Assembly (NCBI GenBank): GCA_041176265.1
Contig: JBEDDI010000006.1
Span: forward strand, 1,026-65,025
Direction: 5' to 3'
DNA from: Actinomycetota bacterium
GTDB taxonomy: Bacteria; Actinomycetota; Actinomycetes; Actinomycetales; Microbacteriaceae
DNA length: 64,000 bases
The position numbers and the translations under genes are program-made. Positions 10,044 to 22,341 of the stretch are shown here, piece after piece; the first letter of the stretch is position 1; each line of letters opens with the position of its first letter. The notes beneath the pieces are model-generated. The model saw only the letters and a program-made list of their open reading frames with translations, was not told the DNA's origin and ran no database searches.

Positions 10044-10081
10044 GTTTCGTGGGGTTGCGAGAAATGTTTCGCGTTTGTAAA
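10044..10081 (-). promoter_or_regulatory. GlnR-box-like operator upstream of the amt pair
   Basis: The minus strand reads TTTAC-AAACGC-GAAAC-ATTTCT-CGCAA-CCCCAC-GAAAC. This matches the a-N6-b-N6-a-N6-b layout of the actinomycete GlnR box (gTnAc-N6-GaAAc). It ends 72 nt upstream of the amt start codon. Confidence 0.4.
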
Positions 10082-10086
10082 AAGAA

Positions 10087-11103
10087 CTAGGAACTCATCG
10101 CGCCAAGGCGGCTAACAGCCCTGAGGTATTTCTTCTTATAACCACCGGAAATCATCTCTGGCGAGAAGCAGTCGGTGAGTGGCACACCGGAGGCCTGGAG
10201 TTTGACCTGACGCTCGTAGAGGCGATCGATTAGGGCGACCCATCGAAGCGCTTGCACCTGGTCGGTAAGTTGCCGCATACCAGAAAGGGCAAGGGCATCT
10301 ACCCCGGCAACAAGGCTCGCAAACTTCGAGGGATGAATCGTGGCTAGGTGCGACAACAGAGAGTCGAAATCATCTGCGTAGGCCGACTTCCCCGCGTGCG
10401 CCTCGCCGCCGATCCATCGCTCAAGTTCACCCGCTTGGAAGGTGCGACTATGCGCTTCGGTAGGTCGGTGCCGGTAGTCCTCGCCGTCGACACTAACCAT
10501 CTCGAACCGGTCAGCCATCGCGCTAATTTCGCGCGCGAAGTCAGAAGCCGCAAAACGACCTTGACCTAGAGCATTCGGTGGGGTGTTCGACGTGGTCGCA
10601 AAACGCACGCCGTGCGCCGCTAGTTCACTCAGGAAGCGACTCATGATCATGGTGTCGCCCGGATCGTCGAGCTCGAATTCATCGATGCAAAGCAGGTTGT
10701 ACGTCTTGAACACGTCTATGGCTTTTGCGAATCCAAGAACACCCACAAGCCCCGTATACGCGAGGAAGCTGCCGAACGCCTTAGTGCCAGTTGCCGCGTG
10801 GTAGGTTGCTGCAAGCAGGTGAGTCTTGCCAACACCGAAGCCGCCATCGAGATATAGCCCTGCCTTAGGTTCATTGCGCTTAACAAAGAGGCTGCGAATG
10901 CCGGAGTTTGATGATTTGAGCCCCAGAAAAGACTTGGCCGCCCCGACAGCGGCAGCCTGGGAGGGGAATTTAGCATCGGGCAAGTAATTCTCGAATGTGG
11001 CGCCAGCGAATTCACGAGGGGGCACTAACTGGCGAAGCAGCTCTGTGTCTGTCACTCGAGGGGTGATTTCGACGAGTGATTTCAGCCTGTGGTTTGTTGC
11101 CAA
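10087..11103 (-). CDS. zapE: AFG1/ZapE-family ATPase
   Basis: 338 aa. Walker A GLYLDGGFGVGKTHLL, Walker B LLCIDEFELDD and TSNTPP, typical of AFG1-like ATPases. Confidence 0.85.
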   Translation of the reverse strand: MATNHRLKSLVEITPRVTDTELLRQLVPPREFAGATFENYLPDAKFPSQAAAVGAAKSFLGLKSSNSGIRSLFVKRNEPKAGLYLDGGFGVGKTHLLAATYHAATGTKAFGSFLAYTGLVGVLGFAKAIDVFKTYNLLCIDEFELDDPGDTMIMSRFLSELAAHGVRFATTSNTPPNALGQGRFAASDFAREISAMADRFEMVSVDGEDYRHRPTEAHSRTFQAGELERWIGGEAHAGKSAYADDFDSLLSHLATIHPSKFASLVAGVDALALSGMRQLTDQVQALRWVALIDRLYERQVKLQASGVPLTDCFSPEMISGGYKKKYLRAVSRLGAMSS

Positions 11104-11185
11104 TCTTTACCTCTGTCTGGCAATCGTCCCCGAGTGCGCTTAACCTTGTCTATGTAATCCTAAGCAACTAAACATCAGGAGAATC

Positions 11186-12088
11186 GTGTCCGTAGCATTC
11201 GACCCATCAGCCAAATTTGCAGAGTACGCACACCCTGAGATGCTCGTCTCGAGTGGCTGGCTTCAAGATCACCTGAACGACGACAATTTAGTCGTCGTCG
11301 AAAGCGACGAGGATGTACTGCTTTACTCGACTGGGCATATTCCCGGTGCCGTGACGATTGACTGGCACACGGAGTTGAACCAGCCGGTTATGCGCGATTA
11401 CCTTGACGGTGCAGACTTCGCCAAGCTCCTTGGCAGCCGGGGCATCGGTCGCGACACCACGGTAATCATCTACGGAGACAAGTCCAACTGGTGGGCCGCT
11501 TATGCCCTTTGGGTCTTCAAGCTCTTTGGCCATGCCGACGTGCGACTGCTTGATGGCGGTCGTGACAACTGGATCGCCGAGGGACGCGAACTGACCCGCG
11601 ATGAACCGACCGTTTCCCCTGTTGAATACCCGGTGATCGAGCGAGACGACAAGACGCTGCGCGCGTTCCGCGATGACGTGTTGGCTCACTTCGGAAATCC
11701 ACTAGTCGATGTGCGTTCTCCAGAGGAGTACTCGGGCGAGCGCACCCACATGCCCGCCTACCCAGAAGAGGGCGCACTGCGCGGCGGTCACATCCCAAGT
11801 GCCGCTTCTGTCCCATGGGCGCGCGCTGCTGGCGAGAACGGTGTTTTCAAGACCCGCCGCGAGCTCGAGGATGTCTACTTGGAAGGCGCTGGCCTCAAAG
11901 TGGGCGACAACGTCATAGCTTATTGCCGCATCGGGGAGCGCTCTAGCCACACCTGGTTCGTGCTCAAATACCTTCTGGGCTTCGAGAACGTGCGGAACTA
12001 CGACGGCAGCTGGACCGAATGGGGTAGCCTCGTTGGCGTGCCGATCGTTCGAGGCACCGAGCCAGGCACGGCCCCCAAGGCCGCCTAG
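11186..12088 (+). CDS. sseA: Thiosulfate/3-mercaptopyruvate sulfurtransferase (tandem rhodanese domains)
   Basis: 300 aa. Active-site loop [12 protein letters not shown] in the C-terminal rhodanese domain. GTG start with GGAG 6 nt upstream. Confidence 0.88.
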   Translation: MSVAFDPSAKFAEYAHPEMLVSSGWLQDHLNDDNLVVVESDEDVLLYSTGHIPGAVTIDWHTELNQPVMRDYLDGADFAKLLGSRGIGRDTTVIIYGDKSNWWAAYALWVFKLFGHADVRLLDGGRDNWIAEGRELTRDEPTVSPVEYPVIERDDKTLRAFRDDVLAHFGNPLVDVRSPEEYSGERTHMPAYPEEGALRGGHIPSAASVPWARAAGENGVFKTRRELEDVYLEGAGLKVGDNVIAYCRIGERSSHTWFVLKYLLGFENVRNYDGSWTEWGSLVGVPIVRGTEPGTAPKAA

Positions 12089-12090
12089 TC

Positions 12091-12519
12091 GTGTCAGATC
12101 AGCTCGCCCAGGAACTGGCTGAGGACTTCAATGCAGTCTCGTTGAAGGACCGCCTGCAACTGCTCCTCGAGTTTTCTGAGGCTTTGCCGGAACTTCCAAG
12201 CCGCTACGCAGATCACCCCGACTTGTTGGAGCGCGTTGAGGAATGTCAATCACCGGTCTACCTCTTCACAGAGGTCAATGACGGCTTGGTATCGCTGTTT
12301 CTAACAGCCCCGAAGGAAGCCCCAACCACTCGCGGATTTGCAAGCATCTTGCACTCGCTCTTGGATGGGCGAACCACAGCCGAGGTACTTGAGTTTGACG
12401 ACGACTTTCCTTCGCGCTTAGGCCTCCTCGAAGCCGTCTCAGCGCTTCGCCTGCGCGGAATGAGCGGCATGCTTAGGCGAATCAAGCGACAGGTAAGCGA
12501 AAAGCTAGCGGAGAAGTAG
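12091..12519 (+). CDS. SufE-family sulfur acceptor protein
   Basis: 142 aa. Conserved cysteine context ECQSPVYLF and C-terminal SALRLRGMSGMLRRIK. Starts 2 nt after the sulfurtransferase stop. Confidence 0.75.
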   Translation: MSDQLAQELAEDFNAVSLKDRLQLLLEFSEALPELPSRYADHPDLLERVEECQSPVYLFTEVNDGLVSLFLTAPKEAPTTRGFASILHSLLDGRTTAEVLEFDDDFPSRLGLLEAVSALRLRGMSGMLRRIKRQVSEKLAEK

Positions 12520-12523
12520 AGCC

Positions 12524-13117
12524 ATGGTTGCTCCGAGTACAGTGCGTCAACTGATTGTCGAGGGCACTCCTAACAAACACCTAGCCTTGCGGCCGGGCGT
12601 TACATGGATACAGGCCATTCCGCCTAATGGTGCGCTTGCCGAGACGTGGAACATCGGTAGCGATGCGATTTCCAATCCTGCTGACCGGGCGCTCCTCATG
12701 GCTGCACGGAGAGCCTGCGACGTGGTAGTCACCACAGCAAGGACCGCCGCAGCCGAGTCTTACCGCCCCTCCAAGTACGCTCCTATCGCGGTCGTTGATC
12801 GCCATTCGGAGTTCCTGCCACCTGTGCAATTTGGCGAGACAAAACCTATGTTCGGCATCTCGGACCTAGCAGACTTGGCGATGCTAGAGGTGCAGAGCAA
12901 CTTCATCCTGCTCGAGTCGGGAATTACCTATGCCAAGGCGCTTGGCTCGAGACTCGAGCACTTCATTGTGACAGTCACTAACACCTCTGACGCCACGACG
13001 GCTCTCGAGCGCGTCGAAGAACTGGTCAGACTCCTCAACGGCGCACAACTAGAGCAGTACTTTGCCTTAGCGCAGGACGGAAATGTGGTCGTTACCGGGA
13101 GTCTGCACATTAGCTAA
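12524..13117 (+). CDS. Hypothetical protein, distantly RibD_C / 'pyrimidine reductase family'-like with degenerate motifs
   Basis: 197 aa. SNPADRALLMAARRACDVVVTTARTAAAESYRP resembles the ...D..lF..LR..ADvvLvGAGTvRaE.Yrp block, and FILLESGITYAKAL resembles vLvEGGp.L. The glycine-rich motifs are lost. Assignment by eye only. Confidence 0.4.
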   Translation: MVAPSTVRQLIVEGTPNKHLALRPGVTWIQAIPPNGALAETWNIGSDAISNPADRALLMAARRACDVVVTTARTAAAESYRPSKYAPIAVVDRHSEFLPPVQFGETKPMFGISDLADLAMLEVQSNFILLESGITYAKALGSRLEHFIVTVTNTSDATTALERVEELVRLLNGAQLEQYFALAQDGNVVVTGSLHIS

Positions 13118-13175
13118 TGCGCCGGAACGGCGTGGCAACCAGACGTGCGCAAGGGCTGAACTTAGAGTTCTAAAG

Positions 13176-13742
13176 ATGTTTGAAGTTGAATTCGATGGTC
13201 CGGTGTCACCGGAGTTCGCGCTAGCGATGAAAAGTCTGCACTCGGTGCAGGTTCGCTCGGAGCTGCACATCGAACAGATTCCTGCGCCCGGCAACCTGGC
13301 AAAGCATGCCATCGCCTTCGCTGCTCACATCGACGACCAGACGAGCGCAGGCGACGCGGGGGTCGGACGAATCGTGTTTCTTTGGCACGACGAGCCTCAA
13401 GAAAACTGGGTTGGACGATTCCGAGTTGTCTGCTTCGCCAAGTCACCCCTTGAAAGTCACATCGGACAGGAAGACGTAAGCGCCGACCTGGCCTGGGACT
13501 GGTTGACGACGGCCCTGCGCGCACGCAACGCGGAGTACGCGGCCGAGGCGGGAACCTCGACCCGCATCCTCTCAACCGGTTACGGTGCTCTGGCCCATCA
13601 GGCACCGCACGCTGAACTAGAAATGCGTGCCTCGTGGAGCCCAACTGGGGCAGCACTTGCTCCCCACCTTGAAGCTTGGCAAGACCTGATTTGCGTTCTG
13701 AGCGGCTATTCCCCACTGCCTGAAGGCATCGGACGGATCTAA
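13176..13742 (+). CDS. DUF3000-domain protein
   Basis: The ORF track begins at 13083, but the ATG at 13176 (MFEVEFDGPVSPEF...) avoids overlap with the upstream gene. Contains LHIEQIPAP and GRIVFLWHDEPQE. Its position just upstream of rnd is the conserved actinobacterial arrangement. Confidence 0.7.
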   Translation: MFEVEFDGPVSPEFALAMKSLHSVQVRSELHIEQIPAPGNLAKHAIAFAAHIDDQTSAGDAGVGRIVFLWHDEPQENWVGRFRVVCFAKSPLESHIGQEDVSADLAWDWLTTALRARNAEYAAEAGTSTRILSTGYGALAHQAPHAELEMRASWSPTGAALAPHLEAWQDLICVLSGYSPLPEGIGRI

Positions 13743-13743
13743 C

Positions 13744-14985
13744 GTGACCGAAGTCAACGACGCCTCTGAGGTCGTCGATCTGCTCACACCACGCAGCGAA
13801 GTAATTCTCATTGAGTCGGCCGAGCAAGTCTCTACTATGCTTGCTGATCTTCGAAGGGGCACCGGCGCATTAGCGGTCGACGCCGAGCGCGCGAGCGGAT
13901 TCCGTTATTCACAAGCCGCATTCCTACTTCAGTTACATCGTCGCGGCAGTGCGATCTACCTCATCGACCCGCAGGCAACATTCACCGACGAGGAATCGCG
14001 CTTCAACGTCGCAGCATTTATGACCGAGATGCCTTGGATTCTGCACGCAAGTACGCAGGATCTGCCTTGCCTAAATGAATTGGGATTGCGCCCAACTGCC
14101 CTCATCGACACCGAGCTGGGCTCCAGGATTTTGGGACTACCCCGAGTGGGTCTAGGCGCTGTCGTAGAGCACTTCCTCGGCTTCAAGCTCGCAAAGGAGC
14201 ATTCGGCAGTCGATTGGAGTACACGCCCCTTGCCGGCGGACTGGCTCGACTATGCAGCACTAGACGTAGACGTATTGCCGGAGCTCGCTAAAGCCCTGCA
14301 GGCAGCGCTGGAGGAAGCCGGCAAGTGGGTTTATGCCCAGCAAGAGTTCGCTCACTTGACCGGTTTTAGGCCAAAGGAAAAACAGCCGGATCGCTGGCGC
14401 GGCACGACTGGTGCGCACGAGATCAAGTCACAGCGCGGCCTGGCTGTGGTGCGCGAACTATGGAACGCGCGTGAAGCGCTAGCCATGAAGCTAGACGTTT
14501 CGCCCGGTCGACTCGTCCCGGATGCCTCAATCTCGGCTGTAGCCAAGATCTTGCCGCGATCCAAGAGTGAATTAGCTTCTGAACGAAGCTTCCACGGACG
14601 GGCCTCGCGAACCTACCTCGACACCTGGTGGACCGCGCTTCAGACCGGGCTCGCAACGCACGACCTGCCACCCCTGAAGGTGACTCACACCGGCATTCCT
14701 AACCACCGCAGCTGGCCCAATCGGTATCCGGATGCAGAGGCTCGCCTCAAGGCCGTTAAACCCATTATCTCGTCACTTGTCGAAGAGCTTTCAATACCGG
14801 CAGAGAACCTACTAACACCTGACTACCTGCGTTCGCTGTGCTGGCACTTCAACGAGTGGTCCGAACAGCAAGTGGATGAACACCTCGCATCACTCGGAGC
14901 CAGGTCTTGGCAGCGCGAGAAGTTGGTCACTGCATTATGCGAAGCGCTGCACTCTGCTGGCGCTGGCGAAAGATCGCTCAATTAG
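13744..14985 (+). CDS. rnd: Ribonuclease D (DEDDy 3'-5' exonuclease plus HRDC domain)
   Basis: 413 aa. Exo motifs AVDAERASGFRY, ASTQDLPCL and YAALDVDVL. HRDC-like region RELWNAREALAMKLD. Confidence 0.88.
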   Translation: MTEVNDASEVVDLLTPRSEVILIESAEQVSTMLADLRRGTGALAVDAERASGFRYSQAAFLLQLHRRGSAIYLIDPQATFTDEESRFNVAAFMTEMPWILHASTQDLPCLNELGLRPTALIDTELGSRILGLPRVGLGAVVEHFLGFKLAKEHSAVDWSTRPLPADWLDYAALDVDVLPELAKALQAALEEAGKWVYAQQEFAHLTGFRPKEKQPDRWRGTTGAHEIKSQRGLAVVRELWNAREALAMKLDVSPGRLVPDASISAVAKILPRSKSELASERSFHGRASRTYLDTWWTALQTGLATHDLPPLKVTHTGIPNHRSWPNRYPDAEARLKAVKPIISSLVEELSIPAENLLTPDYLRSLCWHFNEWSEQQVDEHLASLGARSWQREKLVTALCEALHSAGAGERSLN

Positions 14986-15018
14986 TCGCAGGGCTGAGTG
15001 AATTCGCGACTTTTTTCG

Positions 15019-16917
15019 CTAAACACGTCGAGCGTGAGGAATCATCTCGCCCTTAACCTGAGCAGCAATTCGCTGCACTATTGACTGCACATCCAGGCCA
15101 GCGTCGAGCAGCAACTCGCTTCGACTCGCGTGTTCGAGGAACTCGTCGGGCAGCCCCAATTCGGTTAGCGCAGTGTCGATTTGAGCGTCGCGCAGGTCCT
15201 GACGAACTCGGGTGCCGATGCCGCCGACCTTCACGCCATCCTCGATCGTAACCACCAAGCGGTGCCGCGAGGCCTCGTCAAGTACAGATTCACGAACAGG
15301 AACAACCCATCGGGGGTCAAGGACGGTGGCGCCAATGCCAAGCGTTTCAAGTTTCTTTGCGACCTTAACCGCAGTGTCGGCCATAACGCCGACGCCGACC
15401 AGAAGCACGTCACGCTTATTGGACTCGAAAAGCACATCAACGCCGTCTGCGCTGCGGCGCAGAGCGGGAATGCTTGCTGAAGCGTTGCCCTTGCCGAATC
15501 GAATCATCGTTGGAGCGTCGTCGACGGCAACTGCCTCGGCTAGCAGTTCGGCGAGGCGTTCCGCGTCTCGCGGCGCAGCTATCCGAATGCCGGGCACTAC
15601 CTGGAAAATTGCCAAGTCCCACATTCCGTGGTGCGAGGCGCCATCCGGACCTGTCACGCCAGCTCGGTCGAGCACGAAGGTGACCCCTGCGTTGTGCAGT
15701 GCCACATCCATCAAGACTTGATCGAACGCGCGGTTCATAAACGTTGCATAGACGGCGACTACCGGATGCAACCCGCCGAATGCCATGCCCGCAGCGCTGG
15801 CCACTGCGTGTTGTTCAGCGATGCCGACGTCAAAGACACGTGACGGGAAGCGTTCCGCAAACTTGTGCAGACCCACCGGCTTTTGCATCGCGGCTGTGAT
15901 GCCGACGAGTCTTTCGTTCTGCTCGGCCAGTCGCGCGATCTCGTCGGCGAATACCCCTGTCCAGGATGGCCCACTGGCGGCTTCGAGCGATTCTCCGGTG
16001 TTGGGGTCGATCTGCCCGACGGCGTGGAATTGGTCGTCTTCGTGAAGCATTGCCGGGTCGAAGCCCTTGCCCTTTTGCGTGATGACATGCACCAAAGCCG
16101 GCTGCCCGTACTTCTTCGCCTGACGCAGTGCCGTTTCGACAGCCTGCAGGTCGTGGCCATCGATTGGGCCAATGTACTTGATGTCAAGATTCGGGAACAT
16201 GCCCTGAGGAACTACGGAGCCGAACACGCCCTTGCCGGCGAGGCGAACTGCGCGGTAGATGACTCGACCTGGGGCACCGAATTTTGCAAAGAACTTGCTA
16301 GATGCCCTGTAGAGCCTGCGGTAGGTTGGCACCGTTCGAATGCGGTTTAGGTACTGTGCGAAGCCGCCGATGGTTGGCGCATATGATCGCCCGTTGTCGT
16401 TCACGACGATTACGAGGCGGCGGTCGTTGTCATCCGTAATGTTATTCAGCGCCTCCCAGGTCATGCCGCCGGTGAGGGCACCGTCTCCAAGTACCGCCAC
16501 GGTGTATCGGTCTGCCTGGCCGGTGAGGCGGTATGCCTTTGCAATGCCGTCTGCCCACGATAGTGAGCTCGATGCGTGCGAAGACTCAACGATGTCGTGC
16601 TCGGATTCCGAGCGCTGCGGGTAACCCGCTACTCCCCCACGCTGACGCAGAGTCGAGAGATCGGTTCGTCCCGTCAGAAGCTTGTGCACGTAGGACTGAT
16701 GGCCGGTATCGAACACGATCGAGTCGCGAGGTGAGTCGAAGACTCGGTGGATCGCCAGTGTAGTCTCGACAACTCCCAGGTTCGGCCCTAGATGCCCACC
16801 AGTCTTTGCAACAGCAGAAACCAGGTAGGCACGAATCTCGACGGAAAGCGCATCCATCTGTTCGGCGCTCAGTCGATCGAGGTCGCGCGGTGACCGAATG
16901 CTTCCGAGGATACTCAT
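15019..16917 (-). CDS. dxs: 1-deoxy-D-xylulose-5-phosphate synthase
   Basis: 632 aa. HLGPNLGVVE, FDTGHQSYVHKLLTGR and TPP motif GDGALTGGMTWEALNN. Confidence 0.96.
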   Translation of the reverse strand: MSILGSIRSPRDLDRLSAEQMDALSVEIRAYLVSAVAKTGGHLGPNLGVVETTLAIHRVFDSPRDSIVFDTGHQSYVHKLLTGRTDLSTLRQRGGVAGYPQRSESEHDIVESSHASSSLSWADGIAKAYRLTGQADRYTVAVLGDGALTGGMTWEALNNITDDNDRRLVIVVNDNGRSYAPTIGGFAQYLNRIRTVPTYRRLYRASSKFFAKFGAPGRVIYRAVRLAGKGVFGSVVPQGMFPNLDIKYIGPIDGHDLQAVETALRQAKKYGQPALVHVITQKGKGFDPAMLHEDDQFHAVGQIDPNTGESLEAASGPSWTGVFADEIARLAEQNERLVGITAAMQKPVGLHKFAERFPSRVFDVGIAEQHAVASAAGMAFGGLHPVVAVYATFMNRAFDQVLMDVALHNAGVTFVLDRAGVTGPDGASHHGMWDLAIFQVVPGIRIAAPRDAERLAELLAEAVAVDDAPTMIRFGKGNASASIPALRRSADGVDVLFESNKRDVLLVGVGVMADTAVKVAKKLETLGIGATVLDPRWVVPVRESVLDEASRHRLVVTIEDGVKVGGIGTRVRQDLRDAQIDTALTELGLPDEFLEHASRSELLLDAGLDVQSIVQRIAAQVKGEMIPHARRV

Positions 16918-16953
16918 ACCTACAACAATCCCGAAGGACTGCGGACTGTTCCC

Positions 16954-19632
<2,679 letters not shown>

Positions 19633-19678
19633 ACAGTCCGCTCCTAACTACCTAGCTACGTTGCTAAGTCACAATCTA

Positions 19679-20371
19679 TCAGTTTGAGTGGCTTGGAATG
19701 CCTTTTCGAGCCAGTAGCCACGCGGTCCACAGGCCCAGTGCGTACAGCGGCAATCCAAGGATTAGCTTCACCACGGCGAGAGCCTCGAAGGCACCAGCTA
19801 GATACAGCGGCACCTCGAAGACCAGCCTGGTTGCGAATACGGCACAGAGAGCCAAAGTTGCAGCGGTGTAGGGGCTGCGCTCCTTGCGATGCTTGCGCCA
19901 ACTTGTTCCGTGCTGAAAGATCAGGCCAAACAGAAGCCCCACGATTGGCCACTTGATAACGACGCTAAGCAATAACACCGTCAAATAGGCAAGGTTGGTG
20001 AGCAAACCGGGAAGGAAGTACTCCTCGGTCGAACCCCCGGGGCGCAGCGCGAGGTAGGCCGAGAAACCCGCCACCACTGCGCCTGAAACGACCTGCATCA
20101 GCGATTGCCTCTTCACGAGACGGAAAACGGCAAAAACCAGAACGGGAGTGACGGAAGCAAGGATTGCGACTACAGCGGACTTGGTAAGCAGCCACGCAAT
20201 GAGAAAGACGAAGCTGGGCAGGATCGATTCGAGGATTCCTGCGGTGCCGCCGAGTGAGCTAAGCAGCGACTTGCGGTCCAAGATCGGCGTTCCATTGTCC
20301 ATGCGAAGGCCGAGCGCCTTCGCTACTGCATGGGCGTCGCTGGTTTTACCCTTCGAAGCTTCGCTTCCCAT
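19679..20371 (-). CDS. DUF3159-domain integral membrane protein
   Basis: 230 aa, multi-TM. Conserved actinobacterial neighbour of DUF3710 and dut. Confidence 0.7.
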   Translation of the reverse strand: MGSEASKGKTSDAHAVAKALGLRMDNGTPILDRKSLLSSLGGTAGILESILPSFVFLIAWLLTKSAVVAILASVTPVLVFAVFRLVKRQSLMQVVSGAVVAGFSAYLALRPGGSTEEYFLPGLLTNLAYLTVLLLSVVIKWPIVGLLFGLIFQHGTSWRKHRKERSPYTAATLALCAVFATRLVFEVPLYLAGAFEALAVVKLILGLPLYALGLWTAWLLARKGIPSHSN

Positions 20372-20373
20372 GT

Positions 20374-20952
20374 CTAGGCGTTCGGCTTAGCCGCGCCCGG
20401 CAGGATGATTGGAAGCAGATCGCGGGGCGGCATAGGCACCTCGTCGCGGTGCACGACAATCGAACGGAATAGGTCATCGGCGTCGGCAGCGGCCTTCGGA
20501 TCGGTTAGAGCTGCCCCCGAAATCACCCCACGCAGAAACCAACGTGGGCCGTCTACGCCCACAAAACGCGCGAGGCGCGTACCGATCTGAGCGCCGGCTT
20601 GGTCGGCAACAGGAAGCTTGGCAACAAGCTCTGGGCCTAGCGATCCGATACGCTCCTCAACCTGTCCTCCCTGCGCCAAAATCGACTGGGCCAATTGAGC
20701 CTTAATGTCAATCCAGACTCCCTCACTGCGCGGCGCTGCGAAGGCCTGCAACTGCAGGTTCCAGTCGTTGGTTTCCAGCGTGACTGCAATCGGCTTGCCG
20801 GTGGCCTCTTCGACTTCAAGCTTGACGGCGATGCTGTCGATGGCCGGTACCCGAATTGCGCCGAGATCTAAATAAGGCGCCGCGTGGTTTAGTTCGCTCG
20901 AGTCGAGCGGCCCAGCAGTGGCGCGATCGAGCGGTGCCGATTTCAGATTCAT
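20374..20952 (-). CDS. DUF3710-domain protein
   Basis: 192 aa. GPLDSSE...YLDLGAIRVP and RFVGVDGPRWFLRGV, typical of DUF3710. Follows dut. Confidence 0.75.
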   Translation of the reverse strand: MNLKSAPLDRATAGPLDSSELNHAAPYLDLGAIRVPAIDSIAVKLEVEEATGKPIAVTLETNDWNLQLQAFAAPRSEGVWIDIKAQLAQSILAQGGQVEERIGSLGPELVAKLPVADQAGAQIGTRLARFVGVDGPRWFLRGVISGAALTDPKAAADADDLFRSIVVHRDEVPMPPRDLLPIILPGAAKPNA

Positions 20953-20963
20953 AGTTTCTCTCG

Positions 20964-21404
20964 CTAGTTCTTGCCGCTCGAACCGAATCCGGTGTCGCCG
21001 CGTTCACTTTCGGGTAGCTGTTCAACTGCGATGAACTTGGCGTGTTCGAACTGCTGGATCACCAGCTGGGCAATGCGGTCGCCACGCGAGATTTGAAACT
21101 CTTCGTGAGAGGTATTGAGCAGTGTGACGAAGATTTCTCCACGGTAACCGGCATCGACTGTACCCGGCGCATTCAGAACGGTGATGCCGTGCTTAGCGGC
21201 AAGGCCGCTGCGCGGGTGAACGAGACCAACGTAGCCAGAGGGTAGCGCGATAGAAACACCGGTCGGAAGAAGTGCGCGTTCGCCCGCACCTAGTACGAGA
21301 TCGGCTGTACTGCGAAGGTCTGCGCCCGCGTCTCCAGGCTTCGCATAGACCGGTTCGAAACCCGGTTCCGCCTTTAGCAATACGGCAAGTTCATTCATGC
21401 CCAC
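20964..21404 (-). CDS. dut: dUTP diphosphatase
   Basis: 146 aa. AGADLRS, HPRSGLA, GTVDAGYRGEI and C-terminal RGDTGFGSSG. Confidence 0.95.
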   Translation of the reverse strand: MGMNELAVLLKAEPGFEPVYAKPGDAGADLRSTADLVLGAGERALLPTGVSIALPSGYVGLVHPRSGLAAKHGITVLNAPGTVDAGYRGEIFVTLLNTSHEEFQISRGDRIAQLVIQQFEHAKFIAVEQLPESERGDTGFGSSGKN

Positions 21405-21422
21405 GAGCGTAATCTAGAAGAG

Positions 21423-21872
21423 ATGAAGAACAACGCAGGCACAACCGTTTATCGAGAATTCCTCTGGCCATCGATCAACACGTTCATGGCAATCGCCATT
21501 ATTGGTCCTACCGTCTGGCTCACCCTTTACCCGTGGAACCGCACTCTGGGAATCTGGCTAGGCCTACTAGTCACGCTGGGCCTTCTGGTCTTGGTCCTAG
21601 TTCGCGCTCAGAATGTGGAAGTGACACAAACGGAACTGCGCGTGGGAACGGTTCGAATTCCTAGGTCAGAACTAGGAACATCCAGCGCGATTAGTGGTGA
21701 AGAGGCCAGGCTAGAGCGTGGACCGCGCCTACACCCACAGGCGTTCCTGTTGTTGCGTGGTACTTCTCAGAAGCTAGTGAAGGTCGAGTTACACAGCGCC
21801 CAAGACCCAACGCCTTACTGGCTGTTTTCGTCTCGTCATCCGGACCGTGTCGTCGAGGCCCTCGCGGGCTGA
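21423..21872 (+). CDS. DUF3093-domain membrane protein
   Basis: 149 aa. YREFLWPS followed by two TM helices. Divergent from dut, as in other actinobacteria. Confidence 0.7.
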   Translation: MKNNAGTTVYREFLWPSINTFMAIAIIGPTVWLTLYPWNRTLGIWLGLLVTLGLLVLVLVRAQNVEVTQTELRVGTVRIPRSELGTSSAISGEEARLERGPRLHPQAFLLLRGTSQKLVKVELHSAQDPTPYWLFSSRHPDRVVEALAG

Positions 21873-21886
21873 TTCGAAGGTAGGGC

Positions 21887-22180
21887 CTAGCCCTCGGAAC
21901 ACTCGGTGCAAACCTTGCCGTACTTGCCCTTCTTGGCAGACAGCATGGTGTGGTGCTTGACGATGAAGCATTCCGAACAAGTGAACTCGTCATCCTGCGG
22001 CGGCAGAACGACCACATCGAGTTCTTCATTGACGACTTCTTGCACGTTGAAGGCGTCGATCGAGTCGGCCTCATCGACGTCTAAGGAGCTAGCCAACTTG
22101 TCAGGGCCGCGCTCCTTGATGGCGTCAATCGACTCGCTATCGTCGTCCGTTTTTCGCGGTGCGTCGTAATCGGTTGCCAT
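21887..22180 (-). CDS. DUF4193-domain protein
   Basis: The family N-terminus MATDYDAPRK starts at the ATG (rc of 22178-22180). C-terminal FTCSECFIVKH...CTEC zinc-ribbon-like motif. The ORF-track start at 22204 is 8 codons longer. Confidence 0.8.
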   Translation of the reverse strand: MATDYDAPRKTDDDSESIDAIKERGPDKLASSLDVDEADSIDAFNVQEVVNEELDVVVLPPQDDEFTCSECFIVKHHTMLSAKKGKYGKVCTECSEG

Positions 22181-22341
22181 TGCAGCTCGCCTTTCGTAGT
22201 TCATCGAGCGCGCCTAGTCTCTAACAAACTCTTTCAAAGTGGCAACATGACGCGCCGCTTTTTGGAACATTTTTCGGCACACCGAGCGGGATGACGGTTT
22301 ATTCCATGATTTGCGGGCAAACTTTCTGTCAGGAGGCATAG

